The notes under the pieces were generated by a model that saw only the letters and a program-made list of their open reading frames with translations, ran no database searches and was not told the DNA's origin. A stretch of DNA of 63,890 nt, counting the filler, from Hausera hauseri (taxonomy: Eukaryota), in assembly GCA_046269625.1 (NCBI GenBank). It is 11 parts of 11 records of this genome, joined end to end, with 100 filler letters (N's around TTAATTAATTAA, not from the genome) between each part and the next. Parts side by side here need not be neighbours in the genome. Positions count along the whole stretch, not along the records: positions 1 to 5,175 come from JBJURY010315719.1; positions 5,276 to 10,279 come from JBJURY010363595.1; positions 10,380 to 17,766 come from JBJURY010018010.1; 8 more parts are not named here. One strand, written 5' to 3'. Position numbers and translations under genes: made by a program. Of the stretch, positions 1 to 13,800 are shown one piece after another (positions within the stretch are counted from its first letter, which is position 1; the number at the start of each line of letters is the position of its first letter).

Positions 1-43
1 TGCCAGTATATGTGCCATATTGATATTATTGATTTAAAATTTA

Positions 44-510
44 TAGCGGAAAGGCTTGTGGCGGTTCGGTCCCACTTGCGAATTATTTAAACACCAATCA
101 ATCGATTTAAATTTTAATTGCACATTCACATACCGCATCATGTGTACTACCGATTTCACTCGGTGCTGAGTGCTAATCATCAATATTTCATTTATCGGAA
201 ATTCGATATTATTGATTTTTTCACACTATCACATGGGCTGCACACCTGGAAAGTGCACCAATTGATGCGCACTGTTGTGCACTATCGATTAGCACTTTGT
301 CCCGATCGATTCAAACAATACTGCACTGTGCAGCGATGGATTTGTCAAAAGTGAAAAAGTGTCCGTAGCAACGGTGCCTAGAGGCACCGTTGCCTAGCAT
401 TCTATGGATCGATAGTGCTCCTGATGCGCTATCGATTGGCACATGTGCAATATTGATTCGTGCCTCCCCCCCCCGGGTGGTGGGACCGAACCGCAATTGT
501 CCTCCTACTC
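44..510. mobile_element. Palindrome-rich non-autonomous TIR element (MITE-like), copy 1
   Basis: Subterminal inverted repeat GCGGTTCGGTCCCAC (61-75) / GTGGGACCGAACCGC (480-494). Internal perfect hairpin GCAACGGTGCC-taga-GGCACCGTTGC (368-393). Many GTGCAC/ATCGAT palindromes. Homologous to 38787-39110 and 40036-40240. Confidence 0.65.
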
Positions 511-998
511 TTGTTTCATGTCAGGATCGACTGTACACTAAATTTTTGCGAAAAATTGGTAATGATGTTTAATTGATTTTTCTTCAACTTCTGAAACGTA
601 ACTATTGTGGTTACAGAAGTCTAATTCAGTAGTTTGTACTTCTCTATTTATCTGATTATTGGACATAGCAGAATTAGAACAAAACAACTGCAGTGGTGGT
701 ACATTAATCCGATCTAATTCGTTTTTATTCGAAATTGGACTTTTACTCTCAGGACTCTGACGCTTACTTGAACTAATTGTATGCTGTAGAAAACTAACGT
801 TATGGGTTCAAATTGGTATTTTATAATCACTCATCGAAGGACAATGTTGAGTACGATCATTTATAGAACATGTGTTTTTCTTGACAGTCGATATAGAGGC
901 GGAAGATCGGGCCCGACTATGGGCCCGAAGCGGCGGCAATGGACGCCCGGCCGCGAGAAACCAAATAGGCCAAAGGGCACCGGCCGCTGTGAGCCCCA

Positions 999-1016
999 TA
1001 TCACCCCCCCCCCAGT
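999..1016 (-). promoter_or_regulatory. Probable polypurine tract of the decayed Gypsy copy; 3' LTR remnant begins about 998
   Basis: Minus strand reads ACTGGGGGGGGGGTGATA followed by TGGGGCTC, just downstream of the end of pol. Confidence 0.45.
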
Positions 1017-1038
1017 GGCAAAGTGAAAATTATAAAGA

Positions 1039-4000
1039 TCAAAATAGACAGAACGAAACAATCGCTAAACGAAAAGTGCCTGTGTCAGTTGGTTTTAGTG
1101 TAAAGAAGACGTTGGTACCTTCTACTGATTTTTCCCTGCTATACTTGCTAAATGTGACTTTGCGTGTGCTGTCTTTATGCGATGTGTTTGCTTGCAGAGG
1201 TTGAAGTTGGGAAAAAATGTCAGATTTTGTAGTGAATGTTGTGTCGTGCATAGACGAGTCAGAATGAAGGGAAGAAGAAGGAGAAGGAGGGGGAGAGATT
1301 ATTGGAGACGGATGGTTAAAGGTATTCAAGAAAGTATTAGGAGACGAAGGAGTGACAAAAGATGAAGTAGCGGATGAAGGAGGAAAGACGAAAGTTGGCA
1401 TGGAAATTGAAATTGTATTAGGCGAAAGAGTAGAAGTAGAAGATGAAACAGAGGTAATGGTAGAGATAGAAATGCAGACAGGAACAGAAGGAGAAGGCGT
1501 GGAAGATGATGAAACAGAACTTGGAGCAGAAGGAGGAGGTGGAACAGGTGTAGCGATAGAAATAGGAATAGGAGGAAGTGTAGGAGTGAGCAAAGAGGAT
1601 GACGTGTCGATTGGTGCAGTGTCGTCGACGAAGAAGGCGGGCTTTAGGTTGGTAATATGTACCGTAAGTTCTTTGCCGTCTTTAGAGATAATAGCATTAT
1701 GTGAATGCAGCTGTACCAGTTTATCGGGCTCCAGATACCGCGGCTGAAAACCGCACGGCGTTTGATTTCTTAGCCATACGAATTTTGCCAAATACAAGTC
1801 TTCGGGTAAATATGTTTTGTCTTTGTGAAGTATCCCACAGAACGAATCTTGCTGATCGTAACGAAGTGATTTTGCGCCGCCCGTATTGTTTCATCTGTAG
1901 GAGTGTCGTCCAGAACAGTTAGTTCGAACAATGATCGTACGGGAGCTCCGAATAAGGCTTCAGTAGGTAAGCATCCCGTAGAAGTAGACGGAATGTTCCG
2001 CCAGCTAAGCAGAACAAACGGAACAAGGTTTGTCCAACTAGTGTTTACTCTGCAAGGATTTTTAGTGACATTTTCAATGTTCGGTGGAAGCGTTCTAGGA
2101 GGCCATTCGATTGGGGATGGTAAGTCGTAGTATGTATGTGATGGATCCCCAATCGTTTAACAAGGGATTTGAACAGGTTGGATTCAAATTGTTGACCCTG
2201 GTCCGTGATGATGAAACGAGGTGATCCAAACCTGCTAATCCATGTACGAATGAAAATGTCATCTATAGTGTCGGTATTTGTGCTCCGCAGAGGGATGGCT
2301 TCTGGCCATCGCGAGGAGCGGTCCATCATGGTGAGGATGAATTGGTGACCGTTGTCTGGAGGAAGAGGGCCGACGATGTCGATGTGCACGGATTCAAAAC
2401 GCGATGTGCAACGGAAGTGGAATAGTGTTAGCTTTAAATGCTTAGTTGTTTTGTATTTTTGGCAAGCCACACACTCCTTAACCAATGCCTTCACATCGGA
2501 ACGCATTGACGGCCAAATTACTTATCGGTGGAGTAAACGAAAAGTGGCTTTAGCATCAGGGTGGTGTAGCGAATATACGCTGTTGAATGCTTGCCTTTGG
2601 AAGGGTAGTGAGAGAATTATTGCGGAATGACCTGGTTTAGAAGTGTCTAGAGTCACGCCGTCAATAATTGTGCAAAACTTGAAAGAATTAAGTATGTTCT
2701 GAGGTGGCTGGTTCTGTTTAAGTTGATCTTGCGTAAAAATCGGAGAAAAATTAGTCGAACTGACTGACCTAGATAAAAAGTCGGCAACCAAATTATTAAC
2801 CCCGTTAATATGTTTTATGTCAAAGTTAAATGTCGACAAGTATGACATTTGTCATTCTTAGCGTGTGGAAAGATGCTTCATAGCCACGATGTTAAGTAAG
2901 GGTTTGTCATCGATTTGTATGGTAAAATTAAGAGTGACAAGTAAATGGGAGAATGCTTTAAAGCGAGAACGATGGCCAATAATTCTCCATCGAACGTTGA
3001 ATACCTAGTTTTAGGGGATGTTAGATTACGAAAGAAAAATTCTAGCGGCTGATTTTCTCTTTTGTGGATTTGGTGTAGTACAGCACCTACTGCAGTGGTT
3101 GAAGCGTCTGTAGTAAGGATGAGTTCCGGGCAGGCTTGGAAAAAGCGAGAATGTTGACGTTCTTAATTCTTTCGCGTAGCTTATCAAACTTATCAACTAA
3201 TTCAGGTGTCCACAGGATTGGCTGATGTTTTTTGCCGCCGCTTAAGTGTGCAAATGGTGATGTCAGTTCAGAGCAATTTGGTACATATTTATGTACAAAG
3301 TGTAGTGTACCAGGGAAGCTGCACATTTCAGTGGTCGTACTTGATATCTGGATATTTTTAAGGGCTTCAACTTGGTCTAATTTAGGAGAGTGGCCATCCG
3401 GTGAAATAACGTGACCCAAAACGTTGATGTGTTTTTTAAAGAAATGGCATTTGTCAAAATGGACTTGAAAATTATGGTGGTTAAGACGTTGGAAAATTGC
3501 ACGATGGTGTTCCTCGTGTTGTTTGGCTGAAGACGAAACGAGCATAATATCATCAAAGTAAAGCTGTTCGAACGGAAAATCTGAGAGAATTAAGTCGATA
3601 TGTCGCTGAAAAGTCTGTGCGGCATTTCGCAAACCAAATGGCATTAACAGGTACTCATAGAGGCCAAAAGGATTGGTTACAGCAGTCTTTTCTCTGTCTC
3701 CGAGTGCAACTGGTATTTGGTAGTATGCTTTGGCAAAATCAATGGTCGAATAAATTGTGGTTGAATTAAGCGATGCAAGATATCCTTGACGAGTGGCAGG
3801 GGGTACGCATCCATAATTGTCACGTTTTTCAATTGACGGTAATCACCGCATGGTCTAAAAGTTCCGTCCTTTTTTGTACAACATGTAAAAGTGACGACCA
3901 AGGAGATTTGGAACGGCGTACAATGCGGAGCGTTCTAGTTCAAGAAATTTGGCTTCTACGGCCTGCTTCCGACGAGGTGACAGTGATCGTATCTTTTGGC

Positions 4001-4309
4001 ATATTGGCCGTTGATGCTGTGTAATTATGTGATGTACAGTACTGTTTGCAGGGGTAAACGTACGATCTTTTTTAAGTACGCGTGGACATGATGTGTTGAC
4101 GAATTTCTGTAAAGTTGTAGGCAACTGTGAAAGATTTGGTGATGATGGTGAAACAGCTTGGGTAGTAGCAGATGCAATTTCTGAATTGTTTGGTCATGTG
4201 CAGTCAAGTGGCATTTGGTGTAAGATGGTCGAATTAAAAATATTGTTGGATGAAGTGATTTTGTCAAGTGAATTAATCTTGGTGACAGTACCACAATTAA
4301 CGACATCAA
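1039..4309 (-). pseudogene. pol: Frameshifted Ty3/Gypsy pol (RT, RNase H, integrase, S/P/T-rich tail)
   Basis: Motifs spread over several frames with stops: [70 protein letters not shown]. Confidence 0.92.
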
Positions 4310-5175
4310 ACCTCAACTGAATGTCAATACTATAATTTAAAAATTAACGCAATGAATTATTGTTAAACTTTTAAATACACAACTTGGTGTTATGTATTGG
4401 CCATCAGCTGCCCTGATCTCTAAAGATGACACCTGTACACGTTGTGTGTTGGTGTAACAGCTTTCCTCGCATGTCAAACATCATCAACCTGGTTCTGTGT
4501 CACCGCTTCTTGCTACAAGGCAGTGGATCATCTTTGATTCCTGTCCTTCCTCGTGATGAAAAGAGAGGAAACTGACTCTGACCTGACTTCCCCTCTGTCA
4601 GTATTGATCAATCAGCTGATCGTTCCATCTGGATATTTTCAACAACAAGGGTTAAAAAGCAGTTAATAGAACTAAATCATGTCATGAGCCTTATTCCCTA
4701 AATGATACAAAACAACCAGTCAACTTCCTGCGTGAAAGCATTCTGACTTTTAGACTTTTAAAGGAGGCTGTCGTCACTGTAAGCATCCAGACACCTTCAG
4801 GGTCGACGATGTGAACTTGTTCCACTCCTCCAACAGCTTTTTAAAGAGACTCCTGGCTGCATTTCATCATGTCTCAAAATGCGTTTAACACGTTTGTCAA
4901 GCAGAAAACTCCGGGCTGTTAGTCATCAAAAAGGAAGTCTACAGCTAAGCCTAGTTTCTGTTATTTTGTTCTATGCTCCTGTCACCTAAAGTCTGGTTGT
5001 CTGGACATTGAATAGCGATATTTTTTTAAAAACTGTTCTTCTGAAACCAGTTTTGTCATTACAATTGTAACTAAATTACGCATGCATCTTTTGAAACCGC
5101 TGCAGTCGCGCAGTACAATCCGTTACTGTATGGTTTGTAAATGCATAATATTAAGATTCATACCCAGCAGACTGA

Positions 5176-5275
5176 NNNNNNNNNNNNNNNNNNNNNNNNN
5201 NNNNNNNNNNNNNNNNNNNTTAATTAATTAANNNNNNNNNNNNNNNNNNNNNNNNNNNNNNNNNNNNNNNNNNNN
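5176..5275. other. Artificial contig-joining spacer. Identical spacers at 10280-10379, 17767-17866, 28080-28179, 33638-33737, 38687-38786, 42780-42879, 48555-48654, 54423-54522, 59257-59356
   Basis: N44-TTAATTAATTAA-N44, 100 nt each, with stops in all six frames, repeated 10 times. Confidence 0.99.
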
Positions 5276-5832
5276 AACCAAATTATAAATATAACAAGAC
5301 CTAGAACTGAACTCTTTCGCAGCTGCCTCAGTTACTCTGGCGCTGTATCCTGGAATAACTTACAAAAACAGGTTAAATCCACAAACTACAATGCATTTAA
5401 ACAAAAGCTATACTCACACATTAAATCGTCTTAATCAAATTTATTCGATACACATGACATTAGATGACAAACGGTTAGTACCAAATTCAGATGACAAATG
5501 AAATGTACCATTCCATTCCACTGACCATAAGTAATTGGAATTCAGTAGTGTTGTTAGATATGTCATTTTGTGTGCGAGTGCGTGCGTGCGCACGAGAAAG
5601 GCGGATATACATATATATGTATGAATGTGTGTGTATTTTTGCTTACTTTGCAGTTATGTGTGAAAACATTGCTTATTTTGATGCATTATATTTTGTACGT
5701 TTGTAATTGAAATTATTTTGTTAGCTAGGGCAGAAATGTAAAAAGGCGAAATGCCTATTTCTTTAACCTGGTTAAATAAAGATTTCATTCATTCATTCAT
5801 TCACTCATTCATTCATTCATTCATTCATTCAT
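5276..5832 (+). mobile_element. 3' end of a CR1/L2/Crack-type LINE (ORF2 C-terminus, 3' UTR, (CATT)n tail)
   Basis: Translates as RPRTELFRSCLSYSGAVSWNNLQKQVKSTNYNAFKQKL, a typical ORF2 terminus. Short hairpin AGGCgaaatGCCT, then AATAAA and about 12 CATT units (5784-5832). Confidence 0.7.
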
Positions 5833-6264
5833 GGATTCTTTTGTGTCTGATGGAATAACTCCTGCATCAACTGTTGCCCTACAAGCTGACTCATGTATTT
5901 AAACATGGATAACATCTTTGTAATGGTTCCAGTGCAACTGATTTTAGCAATGTTGGCAGGAGTCTCTTATCTACTGGACAGAGGATATTTGTGCGCATTG
6001 TTTGTTTTCTTAGTTCTATGTTGGGAGAAAGATTAGGTACGGGTATTTTTGGCATTCTTGTCTCTGGTAAGTAGTGCTTTTCTGATAGCGCTTTACATCT
6101 TTCCATCTTTCCTTGTTACGTAATTGGTTATAATCTTCTTGCAAGGATCGTCTTTTGTCTCAGAAATCTTTATGCTGTTGTTATAACTGTCATTTCTCTC
6201 CTCAGTTCTAGGAGTTCAACATTGGCAGAAATATCACACGCATTTCTTGGAATATATCGCAGGC

Positions 6265-7359
6265 TGTGGCAGCAAGCCGAAAAGGAAGAAACACAGACAG
6301 AAAATGGTGAAAGGAATAAAATACTTAAAAGAGGGGAGAGAAGCCAAAAACATTCCCAGTCTAGGTCCTCGAAAAATTGGCTTGACAAGTCGTTCAAGCG
6401 AAGGCACGCCTTGCACGAAATTTGTGCCAAAAATCACGTGAGTGAACAGAAGTTCAGTAGCCATGTTGAAAAAGGTATATGGAGTAATGTTGAGTTAAGA
6501 GAAGGGTATTGTAAAATTTTCGTGATTGTAAAATTTTTTCTGCATGTATAAAATCATATGTGAAAAACACGAGGATTTGTGAATTAACACAGGATAGAAA
6601 ATTTGAGTTTTTATAGAAATTTTGTTATGTGAATGCAGTTTGTGAGAATAAGTCGAAGATTGCGAGAGAAAGCTGAGTCGAAGTGGAAATTGATCAAGAA
6701 AATAAAATTTCCTAGTGTGAGAAAAATTCTGGGGATTAGGGAGAAAATTTTTTTTTTGAACGTTCGGACCAATGATCTCAATTGTATGTCATGTAATGTT
6801 TTTTTTCGTAACAAGAATTTGGAGTTTGTATGAAAATTGTATGTTTTTCATTTAAGTTGTAACGTTTTGTTTTTGCTTGACAAACTCGCATGTTGTTGAT
6901 TAGTTAGAATAACGTTATGCATTGCTGAAATGTTGATGATGATGAGCTGTTCTTGGAACACATGTGTATATGTATATATATTTAAATAAAGGGGAAATAA
7001 GTAACGTAGAAAGGGATATAATAGGATAAAGGGAGAGATAAAAGTAGAAAAGGGAGAGAGTAATATAAGTTAAAGAAGTTCGTCATCTACCTTGAGTAGA
7101 TATCTCCCATCTTTTTTGTGAAGGAGGAGGCATATGTGGCAGCAAGTCGAAAAGGAGGAAGAAAGACAGACAGAAAACGGTGAAAGGAATAAAATACTTA
7201 AAAGAGGGGGGAGAAGCCAAAAAATTTCCCAGTCTAGAAAATTCTCGCAGGTCCTCGAAAAATTGGCTTGACAAGTCGTTCAAGGGAAGGCACGTATTGC
7301 ACGAGATTTGTGCCAAAATCACCTAAGCGAACAAAGGTTCAGTAGCCATGTTGAAAAAG
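6265..7359 (+). repeat. Diverged ~210-225-bp direct repeat (6265-6473 and 7135-7359)
   Basis: Both copies read TGTGGCAGCAAG...GGTGAAAGGAATAAAATACTTAAAAGAGGGG...GTTCAGTAGCCATGTTGAAAAAG. Confidence 0.85.
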
Positions 7360-8277
7360 AAACTTCGAAAGCTAAAGTCATTTGACTTTTCGCTGAGGCT
7401 TCGACCAGATCGGTCAGAGTTGGGGTTGAATTGAGAATTCTACCCGAAGCAACAGTGTATTTCGCAGGGCTCCAGACAACTATGTCTAGAGTTAGGTAAA
7501 CTCAACGTTTTCAAGACTGAACGGGAGTTCTAGCGTTAATGTTTATCAAGAAGTCTGCAGTTGTTCGATTTCTGATTTACAAGAAGAATTTATTCAACGT
7601 TTGTTAGGAGATTCGGTAATTACTTGAGTAGACATAATACTAGAATCGTTATTGTGTAGAGATGAGATGTGTACAGTCAAGTCAGATGTATTTACCCAGC
7701 GTGTGAAAGGCCAGTCTCAGGTCCACATTGACAGAAATAAATATAGCTTCATGAGTTGGAGAGTTATATTTAATTAAAGGTAGGTGTCCAGTCTTGTCTG
7801 ATAAAAGTGACAGTAGAGCTGTTGTGCTGATACAAAAGTCAGTCAAGCGTATCAGATTGGTAGCTGTAGTAAACAGTGAGGTAAAGTGGGTTAAAGTACG
7901 TTAGCCTGGGGCAGCCGGTTGTGCAGAGTTCCTGTGTTGAATTGTTGTAAACAAACAGTTGTGTTAGCTTGTTAAACAGTTTTGTTTGAAATGAAGAATC
8001 TAAAGTCATAAAACGAGGATCAATTGAGGTGAATTATTTGAATCTTCAAGTGACAAGATTTATACATGTAATCAATTCATGCTAGTAGATGTCAGAAAAC
8101 TAGTAATGAAACTGTTAATGAAATGTTAGTCAGCAGAATTTACATGAGTTTGCGCTAATGAAATTTATTATATCCTGTGGAAGCTTTGACACTATATTTT
8201 GTCGTCAATGAGGTTGTTGTTTGCAGCTGAATCGCGTCCGGTACTGTCAACCTAAAAGTTATAATAACTCGAAATCA

Positions 8278-8440
8278 TTGCTGTCAACCTCAGTCTTTGT
8301 AACCGTTCCAGTTTCTCTTGTCAACAATTGATGTATTTGAGTATGGTTATCCCAGACCATGTCTGATCCAGTGTCACTTGTCAACGTTGCTGTCTATAGT
8401 ATGGTTATTTTAGACCATGCCCGTTCCAGTATTACTTTAT
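8278..8440. repeat. Degenerate ~57-bp tandem repeat (about 3 copies)
   Basis: Recurring CCAGT..CTTGTCAAC..TTG and AGTATGGTTAT..AGACCATG. Confidence 0.6.
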
Positions 8441-9427
8441 CGTCGGTCGCAGTTTTGAGAGGTCAGCCCAGAGTGGTGCTGATTCCAGGGTTCTTTAGAT
8501 TCTACAGTCCTCTTTGAGTGTGATCGAAACTGAAAATCAACGAGCTCCAGATGTTTTGTCAGATACCTTTTCTGATCTTAAGGTGTGCGTCAAGAGAGCC
8601 TTTTTGGAAAGAAAGACAGTCGCTGAGTAATGAACTGTCATATGAATTTGAATCTAAGTATGAAATTATTTGACTTTAAAGTATCAATTTTGGAAGTGAA
8701 GAATTTGTGAGTGACAGAAGGACTTGAGTTCTTGAAGTTGAAGATTCGCAGAGGATCTGCAGTGTGTTGTAATGGGTAATTTAATCGTTGTGTTCTATGT
8801 TTGGTTGATGTCAGTCTGTCTATTCTGTAATAATTGTTGTCTTGATTTTTCATTTGAGTCTTCTGTCTAAAACCTATTGAGTTATATTGTTTCACATATT
8901 TGGTTGAATATACTGGAAAGAATTTAAATTAGTTATCTCCAAGTGAGGTGATGTTGACGTTCCTGTGCGTTGAGTGGTCAAATTAGATATACTGTTGACT
9001 TGTGATATAGAGTAGTAATTCAGTTACTCTATTCAGTCCACTTGGTGTTGCTCGTGAACGTCGAATACTCCCGCAAAGGATCAACCAAGGCCATGAGTGT
9101 GCGTCATTGAATTAGCCATTCATTGACAGAATGAACCTATACTGAAGAGTTCATCCACACTAATAAACTAACACAGAGTCGTTCGCTTAAGCAGCGAGGA
9201 GAGAGTTGATGTGACGAGAGAAAACATAAAAGCTTTCCTGTCAAAAGTCCTCACAAATTAATCTGAATGCTTGTAGTTTAACCAGTTCCTCTGGGTCTGA
9301 CTGTCAGTGGCTCACAGTGGAATGGAGTAGTCTCTGACAGAGCGCACATATACCAGGATAGTTGTCGCCGTGTGTGCTGATTGGCAGTAGTATTATATGC
9401 GAGTAACGACGCGTATTTCAGGTGGTG

Positions 9428-9620
9428 CAGCGAGTACTAATCTAGTGGATATAAGGAAAATCTAGGGTGCAAGTGTTGCACCCGTGATGCGAACTTGCTT
9501 AGCGAGTGCTAATATTGCAAATATAAGGAAAAACCTATGCTGCAGGGGTGCACCCGTGATGTGGGCTCGCTGAGCGGGTATAATGAAAAAACCGGGCGAC
9601 ACGAGCTGGCTGAGCGGGCA
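9428..9620. repeat. ~72-bp tandem repeat (2-3 copies)
   Basis: AGCGAGT(A/G)CTAAT...ATATAAGGAAAA...TGCACCCGTGATG is repeated. Confidence 0.65.
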
Positions 9621-10034
9621 GGGTCGCGAGGTTGGTACCAGGAAATTAGGTTAAGGGGCAGGTGTTCTAGAGGTAAAGGGGCCATTATATATTTTTAGGT
9701 GTTGTTCTTCTTAATTATCATCATTCTTTTGCTAATTAGTTAGTTAGGGGTGATGGGGCTCTGGTGTAGTGGCGCGTTATGTCTTTGCGGTAGTAGATGC
9801 TGTATACACCAGCATTCTTTTTGATGACTTAACAATCTTGATGACTTAATTTCTTTAGTTACGTGCAGTAAGGTGTGTAGGGGCTGTGTTGGTACCGTGT
9901 CTCTGGGGATGGTAGTATGTCGTATACAGGTAGTGGGTCATAAAAGGGGATATTTGCTGTTACGGGCGTGTTTCTCAAGGATGCGGGCGGTGGTTTAGGG
10001 CGTCTTTTTCACGTGTATGGACATGGAAGGGAGA

Positions 10035-10279
10035 TATTTTGGGTGATGGAAAGAGGCAAATTTTATGGTAAAGTCGCTTTTCTTAAGGGTGTTGACGGTG
10101 GTTTAGTTAGTCTTCATCAGACTTAAGTATGATTTTGGGGACATGTTGGTCATGAAAGAGGCAACATTTCTGTTAAAGTCGTATTTCTTAAGGATGTTGG
10201 AGGTGGTTTAGTTCGTCTACAACGCGTTTGACGATGACTTTGGGGACATGTTGGGTGATGGAAAGAGGCAACATTTATG
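10035..10279. repeat. ~106-bp tandem repeat running into the contig end
   Basis: GAAAGAGGCAA...TAAAGTCG..TTTCTTAAGG.TGTTG..GGTGGTTTAGTT...TTTGGGGACATGTTGG repeated about 2.3 times. Confidence 0.75.
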
Positions 10280-10379
10280 NNNNNNNNNNNNNNNNNNNNN
10301 NNNNNNNNNNNNNNNNNNNNNNNTTAATTAATTAANNNNNNNNNNNNNNNNNNNNNNNNNNNNNNNNNNNNNNNNNNNN

Positions 10380-10895
10380 TTACACAGTCTTCGACGAATT
10401 GTGCGCTTGCCAGCTACAACATCATGTTCAGGCAATTTGTTTTGGAGTTGTGTATACATTAGCCTTCTACTGTTCATCTCTGCCTTTCTTAATATCCGAT
10501 CATCAAGAAGATTTTTCAACCTTTTTCTTCAACAAGATCCACTTCTTCTGCTTTTGATGTCATACTCTTCATCCATGCTTTCCTTAACTTTGCACGCTAA
10601 ATACTGTGACACATTAACAATTAATGCCATTTCACGCTGTGTTTTGTTGGTGGGTTGAAGCAAACTTGAATTTCAGATTCCGGTAAATCATGAGATTTGC
10701 CCATTATTCTACAAGAAACAAAACAAAACTGTGAGATTCTAACGTTTTATCTGCAATAAATATTTAAATAACGTTTCTCTAGAAATCAAAACGAAACTAA
10801 ATTTGCACGGTAACTAAATTGTTAGTAATCAGTTACTAACTATCTTCAATAATTGCCATTTTTATACCTTAATTGTATTAATTTGGCAACCTCTG
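10380..10895 (-). mobile_element. Tc1 (DD34E) transposon fossil: 5' half and TIR
   Basis: Minus strand TA-CAGAGGTTGCCAAATTAATACAA TIR ends at 10895. N-terminal transposase remnant ...DDRILRK...RTIRRRL. Confidence 0.75.
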
Positions 10896-13800
10896 TACTC
10901 ACCTTATATATTTTTGCATAAATTTTGTAAAGTTTCTATTTTTGGACAAATTTGAATTATTCTTTTTAAATTCTATACATCAATTTATCGTTATAACAAT
11001 TTTACGTTTTCGGATTTTTGCCCCCATTTTCAGAAAAAACTCTGATATATGGTCATTAAGCAATAAATTAATAAGAAAATTCTTCTGGTTCATCCATGTG
11101 TAATTTATGATTGCATTTTCGGATCTTAGTAGTTGAAAAATGGTTTAGGAAACTTAAAAACATTCGATTTTGTAGTAGAAATATTTTCAATTTCAAACCA
11201 ATTAATCAAAAATAATTCTTTTATTTTTATTTTTCATCCTTCGATAAATTATTTGTTAGTATTTCAATAAAATGAGGAAAGATGTTTCTAACATTCATCA
11301 TTGACTAATTAAACTTGATTAAATCGTTTAAATTTTTATTAAAATATATAATCTAATATTAAAATGTGAACATTACATTTTTGTCTATTCCTTGTATAAG
11401 GGTTTGTTAATTAGCATATATCCAAAACACCGAAACACCAAAATCCCATTTTTCGTTTAATTCCAATCGAAATTCAAACCCGAAAACAAACCATCAGTCT
11501 AACCGGAAAACCAGATTTTAACTTCCAATCAATCCAATTCCAAAATATGATCCGAATAATAACAAACAATTGGTGGTCCAAATAATAACAATAAACAGAA
11601 TCCATCTAGGTGATTTTATGTTTGAACAATTCAATATTAAAAGACTATGACAATGTGAATATTATTGTAATAATAAATAAATCTTGTGTATATATAATTG
11701 TCATACCCTCCCTTATTGTTAAATCCCTGATTGGTATCTCAACCATGTCTGTTTACGTATATGATTGTTTACCAAGGCGGCTAAATTAATAACTAATTAA
11801 TTCAACTTTTACGTACGAAATTTAATTAATTACCCGTACAAGAATATGAAGATATGAAATGAAATTTGATGTTTGAATCTGACTGCTCCAAATGCTTACA
11901 TTGATTTAATGTTAAGCCATTTCATACGTGAACACGAATTTGGAAGTAGGAAAAATGGAAAACAAACAAGAGAAGCGGAAAATTAATATTTTACAAATGG
12001 ATAGAAAGATTAAATTTTTAAAAGGAAAATATTGATTCAAGGCATTTTGTCGAGATGTCGAGGAGGCGATAACTCATTGTCTTGAATAAATGTTATAGTA
12101 CCAAAAGAAAGAAGAGAAAAAGAATAAAAATCAGTTATAAAATTAAAAGAATTAGCAAAATTACCACAATTACAAAATTCCCTACAAATTACATAATCCA
12201 TAGAAATTTAAACTAAATATTCGTATTTACCAAATCCGGAAATGCATTTCCAATATTCTCAGGTTATAACAACAGACCCAAGCACATAATGGACGGAGTA
12301 AATATTGAAAATCTATTAGTGAATGACGTTGTTGATTTTATAAATTCAACAACAAACAATTTCACACAGGTGACCCGAAGTTAATGGATTTTAAAAATTG
12401 ATTTTTAAAATTCTCGAAAGAAAACACATGCATTCACAGTAGTATATAAACTACTGTCATAGTCAGTCAGAAACATTTTATTTCTAAACCATAAATTCTA
12501 ACCAGTAATTGGGACCACTTCGGTTTACTTCGAAACTCGTAATACGTTGCAGATTTCCATTGAAATCTAATTTTGACGTAAGTTATCAACGTACCGAATT
12601 ATTATTACTTTGCTTAGCATCAATAATCTGTAAATGTTCCATTCCCACTAACGATAATTCAAATTCAGTATCAACTATTCACAAATCATTGATATTATTT
12701 TCGGTGATTGACAATCGGATTAGGACAGAATTTCATTCATCTAATACAACTGTGTGGACGAAATATTTTCCAAAAGTTTGAAAGACATTAAACTGAAAAA
12801 TGAATGCTGATAAGTATAATGTTGCTGGAATAGAAAAAGGAACAGATGCAAGATATAATATGGCCAATTTAATTTAATTTAATAATATAAAATTCTATCC
12901 ATACAGCTCTTTAATTGTAGAAATTTTGTAATAAGAATAAATATTTGCAATAATAATTGAAACCATTTGGTTTGTTACAATAAGTTATTGCTATTGGTTT
13001 TAAGATGAGATTGTTATTGTGAATTAGAATAAATGTTGGAGAAAATAACTGAAATTCCTTTGATTTGATAATGTCATTGGATTGTAGATCATTATATCAA
13101 TTAAAAAATGTTGGATGCATATTCTATTAATGATTTCGAATTAGGCCAAGATGGTTTTTATAGATTACAGTAATTTCTGATGCAAGGTCATCTAAGTTAT
13201 GAATTTAGCGACGGTAACTGATGCTCATGGGATTAGCTGTATTAAACCATTTGAAATAATGAATCGAGATTTATTCGGAATTACTGAGTACCATCAGTAC
13301 AAGATATCGAGTTATGTAAAAGAAAGAAAAATGATCGGCTTCGAAGTGTTGATGAATGATATTCATGAGTCGATTCAGTTTTGCAGATAGTGCTGGCAAC
13401 CCCGATATAATCACTGAAATATTTAACAATAGAAAAGCTGACCAGTTACAGTGAAATTCATATTTTTCTATTTTCGTAAAATTAATTGTATTAACGAAAT
13501 TTCATTATATTGTTATACCATCAGCAATGGATTACAGTATAGAATCTATGATTATTTATAAATATCATTGTTTAACTTATCTAAATAATGAAACATCCCC
13601 AAACGTTTGGATCATTTGATATGTGAATAAAATCTCATGTAAATAATTGTTATTCTAGTCGAGTTGTTGAAATTAATGTAAGATATTCGTGGATTATAAG
13701 TAACCCTTTAACTATAGAAAAGAAGAATTATTATTAGTGAATGTAAATCACTTTTTAATCACAAGTTGATTCCTATTGTATAATGATATGTACGAAAGAA

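Noticed and set aside
1352-1747. Glu/Gly/Val-rich plus-strand ORF
   Set aside because: Antisense shadow of the Ser/Pro/Thr-rich integrase tail.
4400-5175. Possible piggyBac transposase C-terminal fossil on the minus strand (KAVGGVEQ.., CLTC..)
   Set aside because: Only weak, fragmentary resemblance across broken frames; not supportable without a translated search.
5176-5275. Recurrent TTAATTAATTAA palindrome every 4-10 kb
   Set aside because: Artificial six-frame-stop spacer inside N runs. For the same reason, no gene-neighbourhood argument across spacers was accepted.
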